From a bacterium (GTDB taxonomy: Bacteria > Zhuqueibacterota > Zhuqueibacteria > Oceanimicrobiales > Oceanimicrobiaceae): a stretch of DNA of 64,000 nt. Made by a program: the position numbers and the translations under genes. Every line of letters starts with the position of its first letter. The stretch's first letter is position 1. The stretch is taken from contig JBHIAC010000002.1 of assembly GCA_046758365.1 (NCBI GenBank), positions 1-64,000 of the forward strand, given 5' to 3'. The notes beneath the pieces are model-generated. The model did no database searches and was not told the origin of the DNA. It saw only the letters and a program-made list of their open reading frames with translations. Below are positions 48,892 to 58,745 of this stretch, in pieces.

Positions 48892-51204
48892 TTACTTACG
48901 CCAGAAGAACGTAGCTTTTAACATAAACGTTCGATTGCTGATCTCATCGTTCCCTGGTCCTATCAGTCGTCCATCGTTGTAAACTAAATATAGATTACTT
49001 GTCGGTGAATAGATCCATCTCAACAGAAAGTTGGCGATGATTTTCTCTTTACCGTCGTAATTAAGTCTGTCGTCATTCCATTGAACATAAGCCTTAAAAT
49101 AAAGCTCTGTAGAAAAAAAGTAAAACATTCGAAGTCCGAGTGTATTGGTCCGGAAACTACCCTCTGGAAGATCTACAAAATTATGATTGTAGTCTATCTC
49201 AATCCTCAGCGGGGTGATGTTAGTCACGCTTCCTCCAAAACCAAAGCGCATGTTACGACCTGTATAGTAATTTCCATAATTTAAGTTGATCCGACCTGCA
49301 ACGGTACGGCTCTCGTCGCTGTTTGTGCGAATGTAGGATTCGTAACCAGAGTAAGTCCCTATGGGAATGAGGAATCCTTCGCGTACCTCCCAATCCTCAT
49401 CGATGAACTCATTTTCTCTTTTAACCCCGATGGTGAAGCGCGCACTGTTCTGGAAGCGAATTCCGAATGAGGCATTGATCGCACTATCTAACATTCTATT
49501 GCTATGATCTGTACGATAATTACCTTCTAACTTGTAAGTGAATTGACGGATAACCGGCGATTTTTTAGGTCGCGGAGAAAATTCCACCGAAGCTTTGTTG
49601 AGACGATAGTCCGTGCGGCGGATAAATCCCATTTCCGGATTGAATTGCGCCCCCACGTCTTGGTACGATGCCGAGAATTCCCAGAGATCGCTATCGTATC
49701 TCAGACTGAGCTTACCAGCTAAATTTTGCTTGTTCATATTGATGATTTTTCCATCTTCCTCTTCATTAGGACCGAAGGTACCCGCAAAATAGCCGGAGAT
49801 AGTGAAATAATCAGTTAACGGCAGGTTAATGTCGAGTCCCATTGATCGATTATAGCCCGACGAATGTATTTCTTCCTTATTGAGTAACATCAAACCTATC
49901 GTACCGCGCTTGAGAATGTCTCGACGCATCCTGAGTACCGAAAAATTGGCAGAGCTGACTTTGGTTGTTTCATCATCTTCTTCAATGGTTACTTTATCAG
50001 TCAATATATTCATCACACCGACCTGATACCGCCCTATTTTGCCGACCATTTTGGCTCCGCCAAGTATGGGTGTTTCGAGTCCATTGACAAGGCCAAGCCT
50101 ACGGCTATAAAAAAGATTCAAATCAGCGCCTCTGCCGTGCCAGTAACGACGCCCACTACCACCGAATGAGAAGACCTCAGCACCTTCAAGAAAAAACTCA
50201 CGCTTTTCAGGATAGTAAAGGGAGAATCGAGTCAGGTTGACCTGTTCTTGGTCGGCTTCTACCTGGGCAAAATCAGTGTTCACGGTGAGATCTAAAGCTA
50301 AGTTAGGAGTTAATGCCACTCTGGCATCTACACCGGTGTCATTCATTCGATCGGTGGCGAAATCTGTATTCAAGTCGTTTTCCAAACCGCCTAAAAAATA
50401 GGGCCTGAGTTCCAGGTTACCGCCCATTCGTAGATCGGTCATGCCGTGCAGCGTACCCGCCTCAGAAAGACGAAACAACCCAAAATATCCAAAATCGCGA
50501 GGAATGAGTTGCCAAAATACGTGTTCATTCTTTCGACGTACCATGCGAGCGAAGTTAATGCCCCAGACTGCTGAGTCTTCCACATTGAATCGTAATGTTT
50601 TCCAGGGTATAGCAATCTCGGCAAACCAGCCATCAGTGGTAATCCGGGCCTTACACCACCAGACACCTTCCCAGGCAGAATTAAAGTCACGTCCCTCATT
50701 TGCTATAACCGCATCACGTTTAGCTCCATTTGGATTGGTGACGAAATAATAACCGCTGCGGTGATCGTGGTAGGTATCAAGAATCAACGCAAAGAAGTCA
50801 TCATCATTCATGCGAGCGTCACGCCGCATTTCCCGGGCGATAATCTTGTCCGGTTCGGAATCGTAACACTTGAGGCCAAAGTAAAGATTTTGCTCGTCAT
50901 AAAGCACTCCCACTTCAGTCTTTTCGGTCGCTGGTGTCCCTTCTTCGGGTTCGCGTTGTGTAAAGTGCTCTTGAAATTGGGCGGTTTCCCAGGCCGGATC
51001 GTTCAAGTAACCGTCGATGTCTGGCTTATGTTCCGTACGTACAGCGGTGATAAAGCGCTTGCCATCCTTGTCGATAAGCACACCGTTCTTGCTATCACCA
51101 TTTTTTTCGGAATCGATACTCCAGACTCTGCCGGTCAAAACCATCAGAGACATGACAAAGAGTGTCTGACGAAAAACATTTTTATAACACTGAATTCGCA
51201 TCAT
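48892..51204 (-). CDS. CBM9/DOMON-like plus DUF5916-type exported protein
   Basis: 'PDIDGYLNDPAW', 'WFAEIAIPWKTLRF' and 'LTVNTDFAQVEAD...NLTRFSLYYPEKREFFLEG'; beta-rich C-terminus. Confidence 0.8.
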   Translation of the reverse strand: MMRIQCYKNVFRQTLFVMSLMVLTGRVWSIDSEKNGDSKNGVLIDKDGKRFITAVRTEHKPDIDGYLNDPAWETAQFQEHFTQREPEEGTPATEKTEVGVLYDEQNLYFGLKCYDSEPDKIIAREMRRDARMNDDDFFALILDTYHDHRSGYYFVTNPNGAKRDAVIANEGRDFNSAWEGVWWCKARITTDGWFAEIAIPWKTLRFNVEDSAVWGINFARMVRRKNEHVFWQLIPRDFGYFGLFRLSEAGTLHGMTDLRMGGNLELRPYFLGGLENDLNTDFATDRMNDTGVDARVALTPNLALDLTVNTDFAQVEADQEQVNLTRFSLYYPEKREFFLEGAEVFSFGGSGRRYWHGRGADLNLFYSRRLGLVNGLETPILGGAKMVGKIGRYQVGVMNILTDKVTIEEDDETTKVSSANFSVLRMRRDILKRGTIGLMLLNKEEIHSSGYNRSMGLDINLPLTDYFTISGYFAGTFGPNEEEDGKIINMNKQNLAGKLSLRYDSDLWEFSASYQDVGAQFNPEMGFIRRTDYRLNKASVEFSPRPKKSPVIRQFTYKLEGNYRTDHSNRMLDSAINASFGIRFQNSARFTIGVKRENEFIDEDWEVREGFLIPIGTYSGYESYIRTNSDESRTVAGRINLNYGNYYTGRNMRFGFGGSVTNITPLRIEIDYNHNFVDLPEGSFRTNTLGLRMFYFFSTELYFKAYVQWNDDRLNYDGKEKIIANFLLRWIYSPTSNLYLVYNDGRLIGPGNDEISNRTFMLKATFFWRK

Positions 51205-51312
51205 ACGTTTGTGGATAACCCTTTCTCTAATCTGTTCAAATAATGTAATTTAAGCTTTGCAATACCTTCTTTTTACAATTTACTCATTATTCTTGTTTTC
51301 TATATAGGAACC

Positions 51313-52683
51313 CTATTGCATCTCCCGCATCTTCTGAAACATCTCCCGAAAGAAAGCCATCTTTTTCTGGGGGTTGTTTTTCATATCTGGGTCTTCTTTA
51401 AGACGCTTTTCGTACTCTTTCCGCACAGCGGGGATTTGTAGTAAGCGATCTTCCATCCGTTTCAAGCGTTCGAGATCAGGCGTGCCGTGAGCGCCCATGC
51501 GCCTGGATTGTCTTCTCTGACCAGACCTATTGGCCGCCAGTTCTGTAGCTGCGGTAGTATCCTTGGTGCTGCGAGTCAAGGTCTGATCCTGATCAGGAAT
51601 TCTGATGGGTAAACCTTCTCTTAAGCCTTCCTGACCTACCGTCACCACTAGATCGCCTTCTTTTAATCCAGAGAGGACTTCTACGTTATCGCCGGAGGTA
51701 AAGCCAAGTTTCAAGTTGGCCTTATGGGCGTTGCCATTTTCGTACACATAAACCTGATCCGCTTCGCTTTCCAAGACCAGGGCTTTTTTGGGTATTATTA
51801 AAGTATTTTTATGGGTTTCAGTAGAAATGAACACGGAGGCAAACATGCCAGGTTTGAGTTTACCTTGATCATCCTTTATATCGATCGTTACCTTGGCCGT
51901 GCCACTGGTAGGATCCACAACCGGGCTAATCATTTTTACTACTCCTGAAAACTCTAAGCCAGGTTCGGATTCGATAGTAATCTTAGCCTGCTGGCCTTCA
52001 AAAATCCGCCCCATATCTTTTTCCGGTACATAGATCTTGGCTCGCAGCGGATTAAAATCCGCGACTTGAAACAGGGCATCATTAACATTTACTCGCTGTC
52101 CAAGTTCAATATTGCGGGCCGTAACCACGCCGTCAATAGGAGAACGTACGCTGGTGTATTCCAACTTAAGGCGGGCAGCTTCATAGGATGCCTTGGAACT
52201 CTCATACTGCAGCCGGGTTGTTTCATAATTCTCTTCAGCGATAAGGTTTTTTTCCAGCATCTTTTTTGCCCGTTCAAAAGTCGCTTTGTCGGTTTCCATG
52301 CCAACTTTGGCCTGCAAAAATTCGATTTGTAATTCAGCTTCATCCAACTGGGCCAGCAAATCACCCTTTTTGACCTTAACGCCTTCTTCGGCAGGTAATT
52401 TTACTACCTGGCCTGCTACTTTTGTTATTATGTCCACCTGCCTTTCTGCCTCAATGGTAGTGGTCTGTAAAAGAAACATTGAAATATCACCCCTTTTTAC
52501 CGACGCCACCTGCACGGGGATAGCGGCAGACATCTGAGAGGTTCTATTATCTGACATCCCCCGAGCCCCTTGTCCGAAGTTATGGCTGTTGGCGTCATCT
52601 TTTCCACATCCAAGAAGTGCTAAACTCATTGTCAAAAATAAACCAGTAAGTTTTATGCAATATTTATTAAAAAAATTACGCAT
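51313..52683 (-). CDS. RND periplasmic adaptor (MFP), lipoprotein with a C-terminal helical extension
   Basis: Lipobox 'LLGC', 'SPIDG', 'LKPGMFA'. Confidence 0.93.
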   Translation of the reverse strand: MRNFFNKYCIKLTGLFLTMSLALLGCGKDDANSHNFGQGARGMSDNRTSQMSAAIPVQVASVKRGDISMFLLQTTTIEAERQVDIITKVAGQVVKLPAEEGVKVKKGDLLAQLDEAELQIEFLQAKVGMETDKATFERAKKMLEKNLIAEENYETTRLQYESSKASYEAARLKLEYTSVRSPIDGVVTARNIELGQRVNVNDALFQVADFNPLRAKIYVPEKDMGRIFEGQQAKITIESEPGLEFSGVVKMISPVVDPTSGTAKVTIDIKDDQGKLKPGMFASVFISTETHKNTLIIPKKALVLESEADQVYVYENGNAHKANLKLGFTSGDNVEVLSGLKEGDLVVTVGQEGLREGLPIRIPDQDQTLTRSTKDTTAATELAANRSGQRRQSRRMGAHGTPDLERLKRMEDRLLQIPAVRKEYEKRLKEDPDMKNNPQKKMAFFREMFQKMREMQ

Positions 52684-52765
52684 ACGTTTTCTCCCTTCTT
52701 CTTAGAACATAAAATATAATAAATAAAATAAAGATAAATGCCATGTAAAGCCGTTGGGTTATTCA

Positions 52766-52860
52766 TTTATGACGTTGGTGCAAAAACAGAAAAATTTTAA
52801 CTTTTATCCCGAACCAGTTAAGGTTTTTAGCAACCTACCTTTTTGTACCCACGTCATTTA
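52766..52860. mobile_element. MITE-like element, copy R (inverted relative to copy L)
   Basis: Terminal inverted repeats tttatgacgttggtgcaaaaa / tttttgtacccacgtcattta. The reverse complement of 52759-52801 matches 41968-42010 at 38 of 43 positions. Confidence 0.65.
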
Positions 52861-52869
52861 TTGTTTTAC

Positions 52870-53994
52870 CTAATGCATCGTTTCCAGACTCTCTGCCATC
52901 TCAGCTAATTCTGCCCGTGGTATTTCACCAAGGATGTTATAGGCGATGTTATCCTGTTTTCCGCGGATAATGACAAATGGACCATGATGCTCAGCCTTTT
53001 TTAGGTACCCTTTCTCGTGTGATGGTTCACGTTCTTTTTCCCTCTTTTTTCTTTTACGCTTGTCCCCTTTCTTGTGTAATGGCTCACCATCCTCTTTACT
53101 TTGAAATAAGGAGATAAAGGTAAGGCCATCTCCATATAAAAAGTGTAAAAATGATTTTTCCTTCCTTTGAATGGATTTGATTTGGAGTAGGGTGAATCCA
53201 TCAGGGACTTTTTTCGGGATAAGTACTTCACCTTTATATGAAGTCATCAATTTAGTAAGGTCTGAATAAATTTTCGCTTTCCGTGTCTTTTTGATGAGTT
53301 TAGTTTCAGACCAGGCACGTGTAAATATTGTCGTATCAGGTTCTTCATAAGAAATTTCTAAAAATTGACTTATTTCCGCAAGGCTGTCACTGGCAAATCC
53401 ATCTTGTAAACGTTTGGTCTGTAGTAACAGACCACTTTGTGTATCTACCAACGCTTGCAAAGCTGGTCGGCCCGGGTGTCGGGGTGTCACGTTGAGTGAA
53501 ATCGTTGTTTGGTCTACAAATATTGGCCCGGGTGAGACAGTTACATGGTAATTCCGTCGTAATAAAGCGATTTCCTTAAAGATTTGACCATTTTTTAGCA
53601 AATCCTTAGGGGCACCATAACGAAACTTTTTTCTAACGTGTCGGTTGCGGCGATATTTAACTTGATCGCCTTTGAGGACAAGCGTAGAATTGCGCAAGTC
53701 TTCTGGTGCAAGAAAAATGACCACGGTACGTTCTGGATGCCAGTGATATTCCTGCCAGCGTAATTCTAAGGCTTTACCCCTATGTCTAACAATGCGTATT
53801 TGCACTCCAGAATAGCTAACTCTTTCAGATACGCGGCTGATGCGCACTAGCAGACTATCGATAGCCACGGAATCCGCAGGAACCGTGAACGAGTGTAAAG
53901 CACTCTGTCCTACAACCGGTCTCCAAAGCGAGGTTCCAAGGAGAACCACAACAAAAATAGTTTGGTAAATGAATTGTAGTATGTGAAATAACAT
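52870..53994 (-). CDS. MucB/RseB-like periplasmic regulator
   Basis: LolA-like N-terminal part ('VSYSGVQ', 'VDTQSGLLLQ') and RseB C-terminal 'LHFLYGDGLTFISLF'; lies after the anti-sigma gene. Confidence 0.75.
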   Translation of the reverse strand: MLFHILQFIYQTIFVVVLLGTSLWRPVVGQSALHSFTVPADSVAIDSLLVRISRVSERVSYSGVQIRIVRHRGKALELRWQEYHWHPERTVVIFLAPEDLRNSTLVLKGDQVKYRRNRHVRKKFRYGAPKDLLKNGQIFKEIALLRRNYHVTVSPGPIFVDQTTISLNVTPRHPGRPALQALVDTQSGLLLQTKRLQDGFASDSLAEISQFLEISYEEPDTTIFTRAWSETKLIKKTRKAKIYSDLTKLMTSYKGEVLIPKKVPDGFTLLQIKSIQRKEKSFLHFLYGDGLTFISLFQSKEDGEPLHKKGDKRKRKKREKEREPSHEKGYLKKAEHHGPFVIIRGKQDNIAYNILGEIPRAELAEMAESLETMH

Positions 53995-54494
53995 TATTCT
54001 TGTTCTGTCGTAGTTACAAGGTTCGCGTACTGGGTATTGCTTTGAAAAATTCCACTATCCATAGCCATGGTATGTTCTTCCAGTAAAATTTCAATATCGT
54101 TTCTGGTTTGTACGTTGGTGGCTTCTGGTGTATTCGGCTTGGTTAGTCGAAGAACAATGACCAGACTTGCAGTGATCAAAGCGCCTGTGATAAATACCCG
54201 CTCCCAACGTAACGCCTTGATAATATCTGATAAAATATACCAAAAAGATGGTTGGGCAGATTTATTTCGCGGAGCAATTTTCTCAACAATGCGATGTGTA
54301 AGTAAAGTTTCTGCCCGGGACGAAAGTTTGGGTATTGGGGCTTTTCGAGCAGCATTTTGCAAATTCAACATGTGTGTGTGAATCAGACGACAGCTTTCAC
54401 AGCTTTGTCTATGCCTTTCGGCAGCAGCAGGCAATGTCTCTACGCTGTTATCTAACATGGTTTGCAAGTTCTCAATAAATTGTTGACACTTCAT
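53994..54494 (-). CDS. Membrane anti-sigma factor (zf-HC2 type)
   Basis: 'MKC...HRQSCESC' HxxxCxxC motif and one TM helix. Confidence 0.8.
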   Translation of the reverse strand: MKCQQFIENLQTMLDNSVETLPAAAERHRQSCESCRLIHTHMLNLQNAARKAPIPKLSSRAETLLTHRIVEKIAPRNKSAQPSFWYILSDIIKALRWERVFITGALITASLVIVLRLTKPNTPEATNVQTRNDIEILLEEHTMAMDSGIFQSNTQYANLVTTTEQE

Positions 54495-54508
54495 GGCACA
54501 CTCCTAAT

Positions 54509-55090
54509 TTAAAGATAATCAAGCAATTGTTTACGCAATGAAAGGCGTGCATGGTGCAAGCGCGAGGTAACCGTGCCCTCTGGTATGTCTAGCATGGCCG
54601 CGATTTCCTTGGTTTTGTACTCTTCCATTTCAAATAAAATAAATACGAGGCGTTGTCGCTTTGGAAGTTTAGCTATTGCACGTAAAAGCATCGTTTGTAA
54701 TTCCAATTTTTGTAACTCATCTTCCGGTGTTGTGCTATCCAGGTCTTCAAAAAATTCTGATCTTATTGGTTTATCCTGAGAGCGCCAAAAATAATTTTTT
54801 GCCCGTCTTAGACCTCGACGAAAATTCGAAAGTCGATTCAAAAGAATACGTGTCAGCCAGGTGGAAAACTGATACGCAAAATTAAATGTTGGCAGTCCTT
54901 GATAAGCGGCCATAAAAGTATCTTGAACTATATCTGCGGCGTCTTCTGGTGAAAGGCCGTAGCGTCTGGCAATGCGATAGCAGTGTGGCATATGTCGTGT
55001 GATAAGTGAATCAAAAGCCTTCCTTTCGCCTGCTAAGGCCTGCTCTACCAAAGCCGTATCGTCCAAGGATAGTGCATTATCCTTTTTCAT
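54509..55090 (-). CDS. ECF RNA polymerase sigma factor
   Basis: 'DAADIVQDTF', 'FSTWLTRI' and 'EIAAMLDIPEGTVTSRLHHAR'. Confidence 0.95.
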   Translation of the reverse strand: MKKDNALSLDDTALVEQALAGERKAFDSLITRHMPHCYRIARRYGLSPEDAADIVQDTFMAAYQGLPTFNFAYQFSTWLTRILLNRLSNFRRGLRRAKNYFWRSQDKPIRSEFFEDLDSTTPEDELQKLELQTMLLRAIAKLPKRQRLVFILFEMEEYKTKEIAAMLDIPEGTVTSRLHHARLSLRKQLLDYL

Positions 55091-55266
55091 ATAGTATTAT
55101 ACACCGAAAATGGGTTTTTCATCAATAATTTTTTTTAAAAAAATCAATAAGGTTCTTTCTTGATTGATTTTTGAGAAAATTACTATAAATTTCTCTTGCT
55201 TTTTTGCAGTATTATTATTAACCAAGTTTATGTAATAAATGATTCAATTAATGAGGGAGGAAATTT

Positions 55267-56439
55267 ATGCCGAAATTTCCCAATTTTTCCCAGCGAGTTC
55301 TCCAAATCACTGGCTCTGTTTTTGAAAAATTCCATGCGAAGATGGTAGCGCAAGGAGATAATTTAATCAAGCTGCACATCGGGGATACCTACCTGTCGCC
55401 GAAATATCCTCTGCCCGTGGATTCTGCTGTTATTGAAAAACACTGTGATTTCAATCGTTACTGCAATACCTTTGGTGTGGACCTTTTACGGGATGTTCTA
55501 GTGGCAAAACTGCAAACAGATAATAATCTGCGAGTGGGAAAAGACCATGTTTTAATTACCAACGGCGCTACTAATGCGCTCAGTATTAGTGTCAAGAGTT
55601 TAGTAGACCCAGGTGAAGACGTTTTGATTCTTACCCCCGCTTGGCCATTTTTCTTCGGCATGGTAAAAGTGGCTGGTGGCAAGAACCTCGAAGTGCCACT
55701 TTATGTACGGCTTTATGAAGCACCACAATTGGATATACAGGATTATCTTAGCCAATTTCTTACACCCAAAACCGTAGCATTGTATCTTAATACCCCCAAC
55801 AATCCAAGTGGTAAGGTACTCAATCAGGAACAGTTGCAGCAAATTGCCGAATTTGCTAGAAAGCACCAACTGTGGATCATTTCCGATGAAGCGTATGATG
55901 GTCTAACATTCGATAATCGTCCTCATATTTCTATTGCCAGTTTGCCCGTGATGTTTGAGCAAACGCTCAGCGTTTTCACCTTCTCCAAAAGTTTTATGTT
56001 TGCAGGATTGCGGTTAGGTTATATCGTTGCAAACAAAATGACTGTGAAGAATCTCAACAAAATCATGGTGCATCAGCTCTACAGTCCTTCTACTCTTGCC
56101 CAGTACATGATGGTTGAACCTGTCAAGACCCGCCAGCAATGGATACATTCGGTGCAAAAACATTATCAAGACCTGCGTGATTTATTCGTAGAGAATTTAA
56201 AAATTGATGTTTGGAAACCAGAGGGCGCCTACTTTGTGTTTTTTTCTGCAACAAAATATTTGAAAGGTCGAGATTATTGGGAGCTCATCGAGACTTGTCT
56301 TGATGAAGGAGTTTCCGTAGCCCCCGGTGATAGTTTTGGTAAGGACTTTATCCAATATATCCGACTTTGTTTTACTGGGGAATCTCCAGAAAGACTCATT
56401 CAGGGGATTGAGCGGTTGAATAAGATATTTTTATCTTGA
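55267..56439 (+). CDS. PLP-dependent aminotransferase class I/II
   Basis: 'NTPNNPSG', 'ISDEAY' and 'TFSKSFMFAGLRLG'. Confidence 0.93.
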   Translation: MPKFPNFSQRVLQITGSVFEKFHAKMVAQGDNLIKLHIGDTYLSPKYPLPVDSAVIEKHCDFNRYCNTFGVDLLRDVLVAKLQTDNNLRVGKDHVLITNGATNALSISVKSLVDPGEDVLILTPAWPFFFGMVKVAGGKNLEVPLYVRLYEAPQLDIQDYLSQFLTPKTVALYLNTPNNPSGKVLNQEQLQQIAEFARKHQLWIISDEAYDGLTFDNRPHISIASLPVMFEQTLSVFTFSKSFMFAGLRLGYIVANKMTVKNLNKIMVHQLYSPSTLAQYMMVEPVKTRQQWIHSVQKHYQDLRDLFVENLKIDVWKPEGAYFVFFSATKYLKGRDYWELIETCLDEGVSVAPGDSFGKDFIQYIRLCFTGESPERLIQGIERLNKIFLS

Positions 56440-56468
56440 GATTTGCCGATTGAGATGTATAGCCGCCT

Positions 56469-56554
56469 ACCCCGCCTGCAAAGAAGAAATTTTTGAATAG
56501 AAATGGACTTTCAATAAATAAGCAAAACGATATTCACGACCTTACAGGCGGGGT
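56469..56554. repeat. Short element with 15-bp terminal inverted repeats between convergent genes
   Basis: accccgcctgcaaag ... ccttacaggcggggt, matching 13/15. Confidence 0.55.
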
Positions 56555-56563
56555 TAAGCATTC

Positions 56564-57259
56564 TTATTCACTACCAGAAAGTGTAGACTCACTAATCTCA
56601 GCGCCAGTATTCACCAAGTTCATATCCTTACCATGGTCGCTGAAGTTGCCAGTGGTTGAGCCGATAGTTATCTCCTTAGCTGGGAAGGGATAAACAGGAT
56701 TCAAAACTTTCTGTGGTGTAGCTGGGTCATTACCATAGACTAATGCTACTGAAAATTCTCCAAGGTCTCCTAGAGCAAGAGTATAATTTTTATTCTCATC
56801 CGTTGGTTTCTCGATCTTGATCGATGTTTCTTTTATTCCCAATTGTTCACCCATGGTTGAGAAAGGAGCCGCAGAGAGGATTTCACGCAGGGCACTTTTC
56901 TGAGCTTCGGTAGCATTGCTGTCTATGTAGTAAGCTGAGTATTCAAATTGTGGTGCCGTGGATTTTCCAGTGAATTCACTAAAGAAAGCCCAGTTTACTC
57001 CGTCAAGTGATGTACCTTTATGATTGCCCTCTACGATATGGACCGCACCAATAAACCGACAGTATCCATGATTTGGCTCTTGACCGAAGAGGCAGGGACA
57101 GGAAACAGAACAGTTATCGACCACCACCATTTCAGTTTTCATGTTCCAGGCAGCTTCTTCACTAACAACTTCAGGCTTTTCTTCAGATGGCTGTTTTGCG
57201 CAGGTTATAAATAGCATCAACAACAGAGACAGCATGAGACCCACTCCTTTTCTAATCAT
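56564..57259 (-). CDS. DUF1326-family lipoprotein
   Basis: 'NCSVSCPCLFG..P..G.C', 'YIDSNATEAQ', lipobox 'FITC', AAGGAGGT SD. Confidence 0.75.
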   Translation of the reverse strand: MIRKGVGLMLSLLLMLFITCAKQPSEEKPEVVSEEAAWNMKTEMVVVDNCSVSCPCLFGQEPNHGYCRFIGAVHIVEGNHKGTSLDGVNWAFFSEFTGKSTAPQFEYSAYYIDSNATEAQKSALREILSAAPFSTMGEQLGIKETSIKIEKPTDENKNYTLALGDLGEFSVALVYGNDPATPQKVLNPVYPFPAKEITIGSTTGNFSDHGKDMNLVNTGAEISESTLSGSE

Positions 57260-57418
57260 TTAAAACACCTCCTTTAAAGTATAGATTGGTTATTTATCGA
57301 AAGTGCTATGATGTATATTCTAGTAGAATAAAGTTGTAGCTTCATAAAATCTTCATACAATCAAAGATCATCACCTCCTTTCTCTATTCTTAAATATTGA
57401 ATTTAAGATTGCTTCAGG

Positions 57419-57454
57419 CCGTTGGATACTTCCCGTAAGATATTTATCCAACGG
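57419..57454. repeat. Hairpin with a 10-bp perfect stem downstream of the nitrilase
   Basis: ccgttggata-N16-tatccaacgg. Confidence 0.55.
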
Positions 57455-57509
57455 GATAGAAATCCTACGTCCTAGAAGTTGAAATTATCTTGTTTTTGCA
57501 CAACATCAT

Positions 57510-58472
57510 TCATTTTGTTTCAGAATCCCTGATTTGTATAACCGCATTGGGTTCACGGTTAACAGTAAATTTGAAGACATCGGGTCTAGCATAGTGTCCC
57601 GCCACATCGAATATCCATTTTGAGGCCGGGATGAGTTTATAGTCGATTTCTGCATACAGAATTTCTTCTTTCATTTTTACGGGACCGGCAATGAATTCAC
57701 CTTTGGGATTGATAATGCAGCTATTTCCGGGATTAATCCATTCCTTGCCTTCAGGATATAGTGTTTTAAATTTGTAACGATTGGGGATGTCTTTCATATG
57801 AATAGCCATGCAGCATCCGATAACGAACATACCACCTTCTCTTGCTATATGCCGTAGGCTCATTAGCCAGCTTTCACTTGAATCCCAGGTTGGAGCGACA
57901 TAGATTTGCGTACCCCAGGCATACATGGCATTGCGGGCCAGTGGCATGTAATTTTCCCAACAAATTAATCCACCGAGTTTGCCGAAAGGAGTATCAAAAG
58001 CATTCAGTGTACTGCCGTCACCTTGTGCCCACATCAAACGTTCACCTCCTGTTGGTACCAGTTTGCGATGCTTGCCCAAGATATTTCCTCGTGCATCGAT
58101 ATAGAGAAGTGTATTAAAAAGACTCGCATTGCTGGCTTCTGTGTTGCGTTCGTTTATCCCAATCACTACATGAATCTTGGAGTTCTTTGCAGCCCGGCAA
58201 AGCTGATTCGTTGCTTCATCCGGGATGGTCACAGCGTTTTCAATTAACTCAGCATATAGCTCATTAAAAATGGCTTTCTTGCTGCCAGGCACGACCCAAA
58301 CCCAGTCAGGATAAGTCGGGATAAAAACCTCTGGAAAAACAATTAATTTAGCATCTTTGCGTCCTGCTTCATTAATAAATTCGCATGCTTTTTCAACCGT
58401 AGCTTTTTGATCTAGAAACACAGGTGCGGCCTGTGCAGCAGCGACTATGAATGTTTTTTGGTTCTTTTTCAC
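57510..58472 (-). CDS. Nitrilase (carbon-nitrogen hydrolase family)
   Basis: E-K-C triad in 'FPEVFIPTYP', 'HRKLVPT' and 'ICWENYMP'. Confidence 0.93.
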   Translation of the reverse strand: MKKNQKTFIVAAAQAAPVFLDQKATVEKACEFINEAGRKDAKLIVFPEVFIPTYPDWVWVVPGSKKAIFNELYAELIENAVTIPDEATNQLCRAAKNSKIHVVIGINERNTEASNASLFNTLLYIDARGNILGKHRKLVPTGGERLMWAQGDGSTLNAFDTPFGKLGGLICWENYMPLARNAMYAWGTQIYVAPTWDSSESWLMSLRHIAREGGMFVIGCCMAIHMKDIPNRYKFKTLYPEGKEWINPGNSCIINPKGEFIAGPVKMKEEILYAEIDYKLIPASKWIFDVAGHYARPDVFKFTVNREPNAVIQIRDSETK

Positions 58473-58745
58473 TTCCTTCCCTCATTCTTTATTGTTGCGA
58501 CAAAGTTTTTATTTACCATTTGATACATACATTTTATAATTTTCCTCTATATAAATTAAGAAAAATGAAAGGGAAAATTTTGAATAATTTCTCATTTTTC
58601 TTCTCCTTTTCTATTTTAAGAGAAACCTAAAGACCAAGCTCAGTCGCCGCTAACAATGCTGGCCACGGTGACTCGAATTACACCGAGTTTTTTACCGAGT
58701 ACTGCTTGACAACTATTTACTCATCTACGTAGTGTACAAAATCAC

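Noticed and set aside
42216..52537. Many 60-175-aa plus-strand ORFs across the RND block
   Set aside because: They are antisense shadows expected in more GC-rich coding DNA.
57330..57380. Second perfect AAGGAGGTG SD on the minus strand upstream of DUF1326
   Set aside because: It is followed only by ORFs of 3-9 codons, with no supporting structure.
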